A DNA stretch of 63,563 bases, counting the filler, from Octopus bimaculoides (Eukaryota): the NCBI RefSeq assembly GCF_001194135.2. It is 4 parts of 4 records of this genome, joined end to end, with 100 filler letters (N's around TTAATTAATTAA, not from the genome) between each part and the next. Parts side by side here need not be neighbours in the genome. Positions count along the whole stretch, not along the records: positions 1 to 20,541 come from NC_069003.1; positions 20,642 to 39,819 come from NC_068995.1; 2 more parts are not named here. The stretch is one strand, 5' to 3'. A model generated the notes under the pieces. The model was not told the origin of the DNA and did not search any database. It saw nothing but the letters and a program-made list of their open reading frames with translations. Of the stretch, positions 11,440 to 23,711 are shown piece by piece. The stretch's first letter is position 1. Each line of letters opens with the position of its first letter. A program made the translations under genes and the position numbers.

Positions 11440-11856
11440 GAACCAAAAGTGAAAAAATATGGTCGACCTAACTGTGGTACTTGCCCTTACCGTTTGGAGG
11501 ATTCAGAGGTCCACTTTAAACAAGGTGGAATGTTTAAGATTAAATGAAATTTCACCTGTGCCTCGGAAAATCTAATCTATGCCATTACATGCTTAGGGTG
11601 TGGTAATAATTATATTGGCCAAACAGGAAAATCACTCCGTAGAAGAACCACTCTCCACAAAGAACAAATCCGCCACCCACAATACAGACAGATACAGGTC
11701 AGTGGACACATAGAAAGGTGTGTGAGGAATCTTAATCCTAATTTCCTAATTGTTCCCGTCTATCAATGCTCGCAGAACACCTCATTACAACAAAGAATGA
11801 ATAAAGAGGCAGCTTTCATCAATAAATATCTTCCACAACTAAATATGAACACATAA
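11440..11856 (+). pseudogene. PLE GIY-YIG endonuclease domain (5'-truncated; one stop at 11545-11547)
   Basis: Own translation: KVKKYGRPNCGTCPY...FKIK*NFTCASENLIYAITCLGCGNNYIGQTGKSLRRRTTLHKEQI...RMNKEAAFINKYLPQLNMNT*. 11548-11856 is uninterrupted and absent from the ORF track. Confidence 0.9.
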
Positions 11857-12032
11857 CATAATGTAGAACACTACTAACCTTCCATTTAATACCACTAACC
11901 CCATACATCCCATACACATTACAGATCTAGATCTACCCTAATTGCACCAAATCCAGAACTACTTACCTACCTTACACATAATCTTTTTATTCAAGGACTA
12001 GTAGACCTGACACCGTTCAGTATTCTGTGTGA

Positions 12033-12079
12033 ATTCAAAGCAATGATTAATAACTTTACGAAACCGGTATGCTTTTGAA
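12033..12079 (+). ncRNA. Minimal type I hammerhead ribozyme, core decayed
   Basis: ttcaaagca-atgatta-ataactttac-GAAAC-CG-GTA-tgcttttgaa. ~9-bp stem I, palindromic stem III (ACCGGT), CUGAUGA mutated to AUGAUUA. Confidence 0.6.
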
Positions 12080-13140
12080 TCTCTTTAACAACTCACAATA
12101 ATGACTTTTATTACCTTTATTCCTACCTCAGTTCATCTATTTGTATATATCTATCGTTACTTTTCATAAAAAGCCTTTACTTTTTTAAATTTCCAATGTG
12201 CATTTTCGCTTATTTTTCTTCTTACCTTTCCCATACATTTCCACGTGTAGTNNNNNNNNNNNNNNNNNNNNNNNNNNNNNNNNNNNNNNNNNNNNNNNNN
12301 NNNNNNNNNNNNNNNNNNNNNNNNNNNNNNNNNNNNNNNNNNNNNNNNNNNNNNNNNNNNNNNNNNNNNNNNNNNNNNNNNNNNNNNNNNNNNNNNNNNN
12401 NNNNNNNNNNNNNNNNNNNNNNNNNNNNNNNNNNNNNNNNNNNNNNNNNNNNNNNNNNNNNNNNNNNNNNNNNNNNNNNNNNNNNNNNNNNNNNNNNNNN
12501 NNNNNNNNNNNNNNNNNNNNNNNNNNNNNNNNNNNNNNNNNNNNNNNNNNNNNNNNNNNNNNNNNNNNNNNNNNNNNNNNNNNNNNNNNNNNNNNNNNNN
12601 NNNNNNNNNNNNNNNNNNNNNNNNNNNNNNNNNNNNNNNNNNNNNNNNNNNNNNNNNNNNNNNNNNNNNNNNNNNNNNNNNNNNNNNNNNNNNNNNNNNN
12701 NNNNNNNNNNNNNNNNNNNNNNNNNNNNNNNNNNNNNNNNNNNNNNNNNNNNNNNNNNNNNNNNNNNNNNNNNNNNNNNNNNNNNNNNNNNNNNNNNNNN
12801 NNNNNNNNNNNNNNNNNNNNNNNNNNNNNNNNNNNNNNNNNNNNNNNNNNNNNNNNNNNNNNNNNNNNNNNNNNNNNNNNNNNNNNNNNNNNNNNNNNNN
12901 NNNNNNNNNNNNNNNNNNNNNNNNNNNNNNNNNNNNNNNNNNNNNNNNNNNNNNNNNNNNNNNNNNNNNNNNNNNNNNNNNNNNNNNNNNNNNNNNNNNN
13001 NNNNNNNNNNNNNNNNNNNNNNNNNNNNNNNNNNNNNNNNNNNNNNNNNNNNNNNNNNNNNNNNNNNNNNNNNNNNNNNNNNNNNNNNNNNNNNNNNNNN
13101 NNNNNNNNNNNNNNNNNNNNNNNNNNNNNNNTATATATAT

Positions 13141-13230
13141 AAAGTCCTGGGGTCGATTTCTTTGACTAAAATCCCTTCAATATGGTTCTGCAGCATGGTC
13201 GCGGTCAGATTAAAGACAAAAGATAAGATA
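13141..13230 (+). mobile_element. SINE 3' tail fragment (CORE/OR2-like)
   Basis: aagtcctggggtcgatttctttgactaaaa...cagcatggtcgcggtcagattaaagacaaaagataaga. Confidence 0.6.
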
Positions 13231-13989
13231 TCTACTGCCGTTTAGAAATGTTGCGTGTGTCTGCAAATTATTTCCAATCGTTGCACGTGTTTGATCGTGA
13301 AGTAAGTGCAGATTGTGCAAAAGACAGCCGTTGAAGCAAGACTAGTGATAACCTATATCCTGATATGTGTTAAATAGTAGACTGTTATGTTAGGTGAAAT
13401 TTCACGTAATTTCCTGTTGTAAGGGAAACAACAATGATTTGTTTCCAGCGCTGTATTCTTATTTTTGCTGTTTACTACCAGGACAATTCTGAAAGAGTAG
13501 ACCTAGAATAAAATGCGTACCAGCCATGACCATTCACCCTCTATCTTTATTTTTCTCAGAGAACGTTACTTAATGCAGCCTTCTTTTATCTTTTTTAAAG
13601 GCTGTAGAATATAATTTGGGAGAGATTTAGCAGCTATTTCTAGCAGATCAAGTTGATACGCGTTATTGTGGGAGTACCGTGAGAGGCAAGGTATGGTGGT
13701 GATGGTGGTGGTGATGATGACGGTGGTATTACTGGTAATGGTGCCGGTGATGGTGGTGACGACAATATTGGTGAAGGGAATGGTAATGTTAGTTGTGATG
13801 GCGGCATCAGTGGTGGTGGTGGTGATTATGGTGGAGTGGTGACGGTGGTGGCGCTTGTGGCATCTGTAGCATCGGGTTATTCGTCGAAAGATCAATGTGA
13901 TGTAGCCCAGCTCTTTGTTTTCTGTGTTTATATGTTTTAGTTTAGTTCTCACGTTTGTGTTTTTGCCAGTCCAGTCCCTGATTTATCTT

Positions 13990-14370
13990 GTCTGTCAGCC
14001 TTCTCGTGCCCAGAGATCGTGAGGAAGAGCGGCAAGCTCTTAAATGATCATGGGAACCAGTCCTTGAAGCTTCACACTGCAGGGCTTTCCTCCCTGCCTG
14101 CGCTTAGTACAATTTAAACTTGGAGGTCTGACCACAGTGGCTCAGCTGGGCTAAGACGGCTGCAATGACCAGCAAGCTGTAGGTTTTTACATTGGAGTGG
14201 ACATCACCTGGCGGGAAGACTCCACCTACTCAGGAGTTGCCGAACGGTTGTCAAAGAGGGTCCTGATTTGCTGTGGAGGTTGACCTTCTTAGCCTTTTCC
14301 TTTCCCAAGATATTCATAAGGCAGTAAAGGCGTGTGCATGGGGCTTCTTCCATAACATGCTACATAACGT
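13990..14370 (-). pseudogene. Possible highly decayed pogo/Tigger DDE fragment
   Basis: Only short motif echoes on the minus strand (LWKK, GKEKAKKVNL, FKDWF/HDHF across a frameshift, LFLTISGH resembling LLLDNAPGH). A Gypsy origin is not excluded. Confidence 0.25.
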
Positions 14371-14699
14371 ACATTTGGGGCCCGATAGATGCTACTCTGG
14401 GTCAGAATAGATCTGGATGCAAAAAACAGCTAAGTTCCACATTCTTCAAAACATTAGTACTTCCAAACGAGGGCTCCACAGGCAACTTAGTCATACATAC
14501 ATATATACATATGAGCGTTAAACTAATACATTCATTTGTTGTTTACACCACCTGTCTTCGTCTGTTGTTTTTTTTTCGTAAATTCTCCCATATATACATA
14601 TATACATACATATTCGAAGCGACAAGTCGCGTATTTGACGCGGGAGACTATTTATCAGAAATACGATGAATACCATCTCCAACTTTGGAGCTACAACTA

Positions 14700-15850
14700 T
14701 CAGCCTTGTTAAATAACTGGTTAATCTTCAGATGAATTACCCGAGAGAGCCTTTTATTCACGATCGTTGTGATTTTCGACTGAAACTTGAATATAGAATG
14801 CAGAGAGTTACTACAAACAACATGGCTGGACACAACATCAACAACACAATCAAGGAACAGAACGGAAACAACAGCTCACCCTATTGCTGGTTGTGAGATT
14901 CTACTGAAATCATATTCGGACGATCTGCGTCCAGAATTAAATTATTTTACAACGAAGCAACTATGCCAAAAAGCAACATTTGTAGAACATAGAAAGAAAG
15001 CTAGTAACTGTAACTTTATTAAAAAATCGAAAATTAACCTTCTTCCCAACTCTATAAACAAAAATGGAAACGTGAATGATATAAGACCACCATGTGGTTT
15101 CACAGCTAGTGACATTCCAACAGATTCCATAGTGCCTGTCAGCCAAACTACATTACTGGATCAAGTAACTGACCACTGTCCTCTGTCCTCCTACTACGAC
15201 TATGCTAAGTAGCAGGCACAACCGCAACGATTATTGTAGTAGTAGTAGTAGTGGTAGTTAGAATTGTATTATTTTCCGAGAAAAAATAACTTTGGCTCTG
15301 AAGGACTCTCTCGAGGAGAGAAGATTCTCTACCAAAATAAGTACAAAAAACTCCACCAGGTACGGTATTAAAAGCTGTTAACGAAATTGGTGATGAGTAT
15401 TTACAACAATGTGATGAACCCATATACTGGCAGATTTACGCCTGTCTGTATGCGCTGGCTACTACTGTAAAACAGTACATGAATGATATTCAAAAAGTAA
15501 ACAAAACTGAAACAACAAAGAAAGTACCACGATGGGTTTCGAAGACAGAGAAAAAGATAACTGGTTTACGGAAGACCATCAGTCATATAATGATGCTTAT
15601 TGCATGCAAACAAACAAATCACTATACGTTCCACCAACAGAAAATAAAGAAGGAGATAGAAATGATGGTTGGAGACAGCAAAAAGGGGACACTCACCTGC
15701 AAACTGATTACCCTAAAGCAGGAGCTAAAGGCTGTCAGTGAAAATCTCCGACAGCAGATGAGAATAACCGAGAGAAGAATGATAAACAAAAAATGTAACC
15801 GCAACCAGGCAGCAGTATAGAGTTCGAAGATCTTCAGTTTGAAGTCTGGA
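14700..15850 (+). pseudogene. R4/Dong-like (RLE) non-LTR retrotransposon, pre-RT region remnant
   Basis: YACLYALATTV...PRWVSKTEKKITGLRKTISHI...KLITLKQELKAVSENLRQQ...ERRMINKKCNRNQAAVYR resembles the conserved pre-RT region of R4/Dong ORFs. The strongest match is 15400-15830. Confidence 0.65.
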
Positions 15851-16244
15851 CACCACCCCGCCATCTATATCCCAGCTAACTCTCCGGTACATACATCGTC
15901 ATCCCAACCAACACACTGTTAATGACACACTAAGGAACAGAACCAAAACGTCATTCTAAGATACTTCAAATATGAAAAACGCCCAAAGGAATCGCTTTTA
16001 CCAAGAGACAGAGTTTAAGAACGTATAATGCAACAATACCATAATTACTAGCATAGATTCTATAGAATACCTATCATTGGAGACACGGTCAATAGAAAAC
16101 AGCGATACCCCACCACCACCACCACCACCACCAACACCACCACCACCATCATCATTATAAAAAGAAAAACAGAACAAGAAAGAAAAAAGCGTTACAGACA
16201 TAAGGTTTGGTTTCTTGGTTAAGATGTTCGCTCTGTAAACAAAT

Positions 16245-16325
16245 TAGACATTGGGCAAGTGTCTTCCACCATAGCCTCGGGCTATCATGATTTCTTCGTG
16301 AAATGAGGTAAACGGATGCCAGATG
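16245..16325 (+). mobile_element. CORE-SINE fragment
   Basis: ttgggcaagtgtcttccaccatagcctcgggc, the CORE-like segment of the OR2-like family. Confidence 0.55.
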
Positions 16326-16569
16326 TGTGCGTTTGTGTATATGGTATGCATGTGTGTTTTCTGTATGTGTGCGTGCTTGTTCATCTGTGGATATACGTAT
16401 ATAAATAAATGTGTGTATCTTTTGTGTATGTATGAGTTTGTGTTTGTCTGTATGTCTAAATCTATCTATATGACTGTACTATATATATGTATTCTTTTAT
16501 TCTTTTACTTGTTTCAATTATTTGACTGTGGCCATACTGGAGTACCATATGTACATGCATATATATATG

Positions 16570-16651
<82 letters not shown>

Positions 16652-17261
16652 CGTGTGTGTTTAGATTTGGCCCCATCGGCACCAACAACAAAGGACACTG
16701 TTCTTTATTCCATCATACCTTATACCGTATACTTGTTAAGGGCACCTGTCCATACGATAAAACGGGAAAAAACTGACCTCACCTTCACCCCAAATACTGT
16801 CCTAAATACAGAGTCCATGGCCCTGATCCTAAATATGGATGCACAAAAGGCAACGGATGGACCTTCTTCCATCCAAAACTGTGCCAAAATTCTGTGTCAC
16901 TAAGGATGTGCCTGATCTTAGGATGCAACTACCACCATCTAAAGGGCACAAAACGAACGAAAATGAATATAAACAGCAACAGAGGGGTGCTACAACAACA
17001 ACAAAAGCAAAATACAACTACACTTCACCCCTTAAAACCAAACAACGAAGACAGAACTATGGGGGAAACCGTAACACCAAATAACATAAACATGAACTAT
17101 GCATATTGTGACCAAGTGGCAAACCAAAGAGGTAACTCTTTTTTACTAACTTATCTAGAAAATATGAAGGCCGACCTAAGCCAGGTGATCCAACGAGCTA
17201 TCAGCAGTCGTATATGCAAAATACAAGGAACACACACATGCCTAATGGTTCGTCAAAAGCG

Positions 17262-17375
17262 ATCGATAAAAAAGTACTAGGCTTACAAAGAATAAGTCCT
17301 GGGGTCGATTTCTTCGACTAAAAGCGGTGCTCCAGCATTGCCGCAGTCGAATGATTGAAACAAGTAAAGGAATGC
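17262..17375 (+). mobile_element. SINE 3' half (CORE/OR2-like)
   Basis: aagtactaggcttacaaagaataagtcctggggtcgatttcttcgactaaaagcggtgctccagcat...gaaacaagtaaaggaat. Confidence 0.75.
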
Positions 17376-17598
17376 AATGTCTATATGTTGTGTAGTCAGT
17401 TAAAGGCCCGACTACTACCTTTTAGTTTAGGGTTCTACATTGATTATCAACATCCAGTCTGTATCAAGTCTAGTCGTTTGGTCACTGCTGTAGTTAGTAG
17501 TATTACTAGTTACGATACAGACCCGAGCTGGAACATTAAATGAAGAGGTTGCAAACAAAGGTCAAAAATAAATTATATAAAATTGTATTTATCAATAA

Positions 17599-17650
<52 letters not shown>

Positions 17651-18046
17651 NNNNNNNNNNNNNNNNNNNNNNNNNNNNNNNNNNNNNNNNNNNNNNNNNN
17701 NNNNNNNNNNNNNNNNNNNNNNNNNNNNNNNNNNNNNNNNNNNNNNNNNNNNNNNNNNNNNNNNNNNNNNNNNNNNNNNNNNNNNNNNNNNNNNNNNNNN
17801 NNNNNNNNNNNNNNNNNNNNNNNNNNNNNNNNNNNNNNNNNNNNNNNNNNNNNNNNNNNNNNNNNNNNNNNNNNNNNNNNNNNNNNNNNNNNNNNNNNNN
17901 NNNNNNNNNNNNNNNNNNNNNNNNNNNNNNNNNNNNNNNNNNNNNNNNNNNNNNNNNNNNNNNNNNNNNNNNNNNNNNNNNNNNNNNNNNNNNNNNNNNN
18001 NNNNNNNNNNNNNNNNNNNNNNNNNNNNNNNNNNNNNNNNNNNNNN

Positions 18047-18084
<38 letters not shown>

Positions 18085-18085
18085 C

Positions 18086-18116
<31 letters not shown>

Positions 18117-18852
18117 TACACAGACACACATATATTGGATGCCACCCCCACAGGCAAACGAGAACCTGACCTTTCTTCACTGCCTTTGCTGTAACCAAAT
18201 AAACAGTTTCTATTTATATCTGTAGTTGTTCTTGCTGTTGTTATAACTGTAGTGTTGACGTAATCTTACCGATCGAGTGTTACATCAACACACTTACCGA
18301 CCTTTTACGGATACGACCACAATTGCGCATGCGCTCAGCTACTCCACTGGAGGCATGCATGCGGCCACACTGAGACAGACGTATAGAACATGTCATGTTG
18401 TTAAGCTGAATGCAGTTATGTTAGACTAAACTGCTTGTCTATTGACATTAACGTTAAAAAATAATCCAGGGCTTCATCTAGTCATACACATATATGCCTA
18501 TGTATGTGCTTATAAGTACGTATACGCGCGCGCACAGCCACACACCCACGCACGCGCGCACATACACACATATACACATACACAAACACACAATATATAT
18601 ATATGTATATGTAATATATATATATATACATGTATAGGTATGTACACTATGTAATACATATATACATATGAGTGTATAATATGTATATATATGTAAATAT
18701 ATATGTACAAATATATCAATTACAGACGAATGAATAAGGGGGTGTATATATATACATTTGTATATGAAAAAATAACATACGAGTTTGTATGACCGCACTC
18801 CAAAACGAACTTAAAGGATACATATGTACATATTATATCCTTCAAGTTCGTT

Positions 18853-18898
<46 letters not shown>

Positions 18899-19282
18899 CA
18901 TACACGCATTCGTTTACATACATCCATGGATGTATTTTCAACAATGTACGATTTCGTGCACGTTTAACTATACGCATGCGTGAACATCCACAAGAATATA
19001 CATCATATATGTGTGTGTGTGTATTTGTGTGTGTATGTGTGCGTATGTGTGTGTGTGTGTGTGTGTGTATGTGAGAGCGAGAGAGAGAAAGAGAGAGATA
19101 GGGAGAGTGCTTGTGTATCCTAAAACATATGAAAAATCCAGTAACGCAAATACGTCGAAGTTAAAAAAATACTAACAGCCTCGTCCTTTCTCCCTATATC
19201 GTACAGTTAAAAGGTCAACGGCCATAATTGTTCGGGCAGTACTGTGTAACGTATAACTGGGATTACATATAAGTCGCATATA

Positions 19283-19336
<54 letters not shown>

Positions 19337-19429
19337 GTATGCATATATATGTATATATAATATATATATATATACATATATGTATATAAATGTATATATA
19401 TGCGTGTACATCTATATTTAGATATATAT

Positions 19430-19460
<31 letters not shown>

Positions 19461-19614
19461 TCTATATACATACGTATACACATATATATATATGTATGAA
19501 TGTATACATGGTACACTTCCCCTACATCGTTATGCATATTTGTCTACATTGAACATATAATGTTAGTGCTGAGCCCCTTTTATGTCTGCTCTTTCTTTGT
19601 TGTTGATGGTGTGG

Positions 19615-19645
<31 letters not shown>

Positions 19646-19906
19646 GGTGATATTGCCATTTATTTTGTTGTTTTTCGTGGGGGTGGTGTCAGTACTGTTG
19701 ATGGTGTTCTTCTTTATGTTGTTCTCAGTGGTGGTGGTGTTGTTGGTAACTTGACATTTCGCGTTTTCATTTCGATTTCACGATCAAATCAAAATTACAT
19801 ATTTAGCACGCGTGTTTGTGGCGTCGGTGTATGTATGTAAATATTGTGTGTATGCTTTTATGATGTATGTATGTATGTATATATCCATGCATGCATGCAA
19901 TTATGC

Positions 19907-20023
<117 letters not shown>

Positions 20024-20467
20024 TATATAAATATGTATGTATTTATGTATGCACATATATTTGTATATGTATATATATATATATATCGAAATTCTCTCTC
20101 TCTCACTCTCCCTATCTGCATATATGTATATGTATACAAGGGAATCTGCGTAAAAACCGTATAATGCATTACAAAGCTCCTATAGTGTTATCGGCTACCA
20201 TATGCCATCTCACGGCAAGACTTCTTCTAAAACTGGATAAAGAAGTGGAACTCCGCTATTGTATAGGATTAGTAGAAAACTTTATACAATTATAGAACGA
20301 TTTTGTGTGATGATTTTTGAGTTAAAATATAACTTATAACTGGTGTCTTTCGCAGAAACAAATTAAAACTTGTTTTCTCCCTCTTCGTGTTGGACAACTT
20401 TATATATATCTCTCTCTATGTATCTATCTATCTGTCTATCTCTATCTCTATCTCTATCTCTCTCTCT

Positions 20468-20525
<58 letters not shown>

Positions 20526-20541
20526 GTCTATATATGTATAT

Positions 20542-20641
20542 NNNNNNNNNNNNNNNNNNNNNNNNNNNNNNNNNNNNNNNNNNNNTTAATTAATTAANNN
20601 NNNNNNNNNNNNNNNNNNNNNNNNNNNNNNNNNNNNNNNNN
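20542..20641. other. Artificial scaffold-join spacer (44N-TTAATTAATTAA-44N)
   Basis: Identical 100-bp construct also at 39820-39919 and 61824-61923. The 12-mer has stop codons in all six frames. Confidence 0.9.
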
Positions 20642-20669
20642 TTTTATTATATTATAGAGCGAGAAAAAA

Positions 20670-20895
20670 GCGGCGAGCTGGCAGAAACGTTAGCACGCCG
20701 GGCGAAATGCTTAGCGGTATTTCGTCTGTCTTTACGTTCTAAGTTCCAATTCCGCTGAGGTTGACTTTGCCTTTCATCCTTTCGGGGTCGATAAATTAAA
20801 TACCAGTTACGCATTGGGTCGATGTAATTGACTTAATTCCTTTGTATGTCCTTGTTTGTCCCCTCTATGTTTAGTCCCTTGTGGGCAATAAATGA
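20670..20895 (+). mobile_element. tRNA-derived SINE (OK-like), tail type alpha
   Basis: gcggcgagctggcagaaacgttagc head, B-box-like aagttccaattcc, gcctttcatcctttcggggtcgataaatta core, tail ...gtccttgtttgtcccctctatgtttag. Confidence 0.9.
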
Positions 20896-20899
20896 ATAG

Positions 20900-21105
20900 G
20901 AAACGTTAGCACGCCGGGTGAAATGCTTAGCGGTATTTCGTTTGCTTTTACGCTCTGTGTTCAAATTCCGCAGAGATCGACTTTGAATTTTTTTCCTTTC
21001 GGAGTCGATAAAATTAGTACCAGCTACGCACTGGGGTCGATGTAATCTACTTAAGCGCTTCCTCCAAAATATGAGGCCCTGTGCTTCTAGTAGAAAGGTT
21101 TATTA
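20900..21105 (+). mobile_element. tRNA-derived SINE (OK-like), tail type beta, 5'-truncated
   Basis: Same body as the previous copy. Tail ...cctccaaaatatgaggccctgtgcttctagtagaaagg. Confidence 0.85.
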
Positions 21106-21300
21106 TTGAGTGAGAGAGCAGTGCATGCCATCAAAGTGACACTGGAGTATAATATATGAAGCCCAGTATACCCATCGTGACTACCCGTCTGATAAGAGTA
21201 CACCAGGCACATGCATCACAACCATGTGTGCAACATGGTGATCTCATATCAAGATAAACATCACATGACCTTGCAGGTGAGACCCAGTTAAAATTTTTTT
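21104..21300 (-). mobile_element. 3' part of an unclassified retroposon-like repeat ending in (AAT)n
   Basis: Minus strand ends ...gtcactttgatggcatgcactgctctctcactcaataataa. Non-SINE body. Classification is uncertain. Confidence 0.5.
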
Positions 21301-21344
21301 CATGTCGAGATTATTATTATTATTGTTGTTGCTGTTGTTGTTGC

Positions 21345-21402
<58 letters not shown>

Positions 21403-21428
21403 GCTGTTGTTGTTGTTNNNNNNNNNNG

Positions 21429-21472
<44 letters not shown>

Positions 21473-21505
21473 GCTGTTGTTGTTGTTGTTGTTGTTGTTG
21501 TTAAA

Positions 21506-21720
21506 GCGGCGAGCTGGTAGAATCGTTAGCATGCTGGACGAAATGCTTAGCGATATTTTGCCTTTCGCTACTTTCTGCGTTCAAACTCCGCCGAGGTCGA
21601 CTTTGCCTTTCATCCTTTCGCGGTGGATAAATTAAGTACCAGTTACTCACTGGAGTCGATGTAATCGACTAAACTCCTCCCTACAAATTTCAGACCCTGT
21701 GTCGATAGTAGAAAGGATTA
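21506..21720 (+). mobile_element. tRNA-derived SINE (OK-like), tail beta
   Basis: Full head-to-tail copy directly after a (TTG)n array. Confidence 0.9.
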
Positions 21721-21737
21721 TCATTGTTATCATAAAA

Positions 21738-21960
21738 GCGGTGATTTGGCAGAATCGTTAGCACGCTGGACGGAACGCTTAGCGGTATTTCGTACGTCTT
21801 TACGTTCTGAGTTCAAATTGCGTCGAGGTCGATGTTGCCTTTTATCCTTTCAGGATCGATAAAATGAGTACCAGGTGAACACTGGGGTCGATATAATCGT
21901 CTCATCCCCTCCTCCAAAATTGCTGTCCTTGTGACAAAATGTGAAACGATTATTATTATT
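21738..21960 (+). mobile_element. tRNA-derived SINE (OK-like), tail beta
   Basis: Full copy directly after the tail of the previous one, ending in (ATT)n. Confidence 0.85.
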
Positions 21961-22572
21961 ATTATTATTATTAATAGTAATAACAGTTTCAAATTGTGGC
22001 ACAACGCCTGCAATTTCGGGAGAGGAGTTAAACATTTTGCACATAATAATAACAATAATAATGATAAATACGAGTTTGTCATGGCTGGACAGCCTTTATC
22101 AGGGCAGATCTAGAAATATACAATACAATAACAACAACAGCGCCCCCAATTATAATAATAATAAAAGCAAAAAAACTACAACCGAAACACTGAGAAAAGA
22201 AAATTGTATAAAAACTCAAAATATTTCAGANNNNNNNNNNACGTGATTCAAAATAACTAAATGATTGACTTTGTGTGCGTGTGTGAGTGTGCGTTTGTGT
22301 GTGTGCGTGCGTGTCTGTGTGTGTACAAGTGTGTGTGTAGGCGTGTGTGTACGTGTGTGCGTGCTTGCGTGTGTGTGAGCGTACGTGTCTGTGTGTGTGT
22401 GTACGTGTGTGTGTGTGTGTGTGTGCGTGTGTGTGAGTATGTGTTCGTGTGTATGTGCATGTGTGCGTGTGCGTGTGAGTGTAATCTCTCCTCTCTTTCT
22501 CTTTACTTTTTCTTTCTCTCTCTCCCTCTCTCTTTCTTCACTGTTTTTTCTCTCTCCCCCTCTCTATCTCTG

Positions 22573-22611
<39 letters not shown>

Positions 22612-22970
22612 ACACATGTGTGAGGATCTATATAGATTTTATACAAACTCAAGTGTGTGTGTGAGAGAGAGAATGCATGTGTGTGAGTGTGTGTGCGTGC
22701 GTGTGGATTTGTGTGTGTAAAAGTTGCCTTGCAGTTAGTCAAGAGAAATCAATATGATTATACAGCTATGTTATAATGCTTATGTATGCGTGTTTGTGTG
22801 TACATATATACACTTTTGTGTGACTGTATGTGTGAATGTGTATGTAAGTGTATGTATTTGTGTGTATGCGTGTGTGTGTGACGTGCGAGTGTGCTGTAGC
22901 TCCACATGAGAGCATGTATATAAGAGAGGCATTGCATAATCCATGATTTTTACATACATACGCATATATG

Positions 22971-23028
<58 letters not shown>

Positions 23029-23092
23029 TTTACGGAAACAAATACCAGCATGCACATTCACTCGGAGTATCAATGAGAGTAACAAATCAATG

Positions 23093-23180
23093 CCGTATTT
23101 TCCGGAATACAAGTCGAAATTTTCAGACCAATGTTTACTGCAGAAAAATAAAAAAGCAAAGTATGTCGACTTATAGATGA
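23093..23180. mobile_element. Possible Tc1/pogo-family MITE terminal fragment
   Basis: ccgtattttccggaatacaagtcg...gtcgacttatag resembles Tc2/pogo-type termini. The partner TIR was not found. Confidence 0.3.
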
Positions 23181-23390
23181 AAACAATTATGGAGAACCAA
23201 ACATTCTACGTGAAATGCAGCAGGATTTGGAAAGATAGTGGCGTTGTTTGAATGTTTACACTATATAATACGTCGGCTTCGTTTTTGTTTCCGTTTTGCA
23301 AGATTCTTGATGTGAATCCGTGCATTGAAACAAATTTTGTTGTGTCTCGGTAGAGTCATTAGGCTAATATTATTAACACCTTATTATTGT

Positions 23391-23422
<32 letters not shown>

Positions 23423-23461
23423 TTGTTGTTGTTGTTGTTGTTAAGGTGGCGTACTTGTTAA

Positions 23462-23672
23462 GGTGGCGTACTGGCAGAATCGTTAGCACGGCGAGTGAAA
23501 TGCTTAACGGTATTTCGTCTGTCTTTACGTTTTGAGTTCAAATCCCGCCGAGGTCGACTTTGCCTTTCATCCTTTCAGGCTCGATTCAATAAGTACCAGT
23601 TATGCATTGGGGTCGGTATAATCGACTTAATCCCTTTGTCTGTCCTTGTTTGTCCCCTCTATGTTTAGCCGC
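23462..23672 (+). mobile_element. tRNA-derived SINE (OK-like), tail alpha, with duplicated 5' junction
   Basis: Full body. tgttaaggtggcgtact is repeated twice at the 5' junction (23439-23472), after a (TTG)n array. Confidence 0.9.
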
Positions 23673-23711
23673 CTATTATTATTATTATTATTATTATTNN
23701 NNNNNNNNTTA

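Larger units (their letters stand above)
11430..12250 (+). mobile_element. Penelope-like element A: GIY-YIG domain plus pseudo-LTR
   Basis: Endonuclease-coding region 11440-11856 followed by a UTR carrying an HHR motif at 12033-12079. Ends at the N-gap. Confidence 0.85.

Noticed and set aside
21302-21635. Poly-Q/N/L/V ORFs, and similar poly-H/M/D ORFs at 24577-25050, 34290-34974 and 39650-39770
   Set aside because: Pure trinucleotide arrays next to SINE tails; no splice or domain context.
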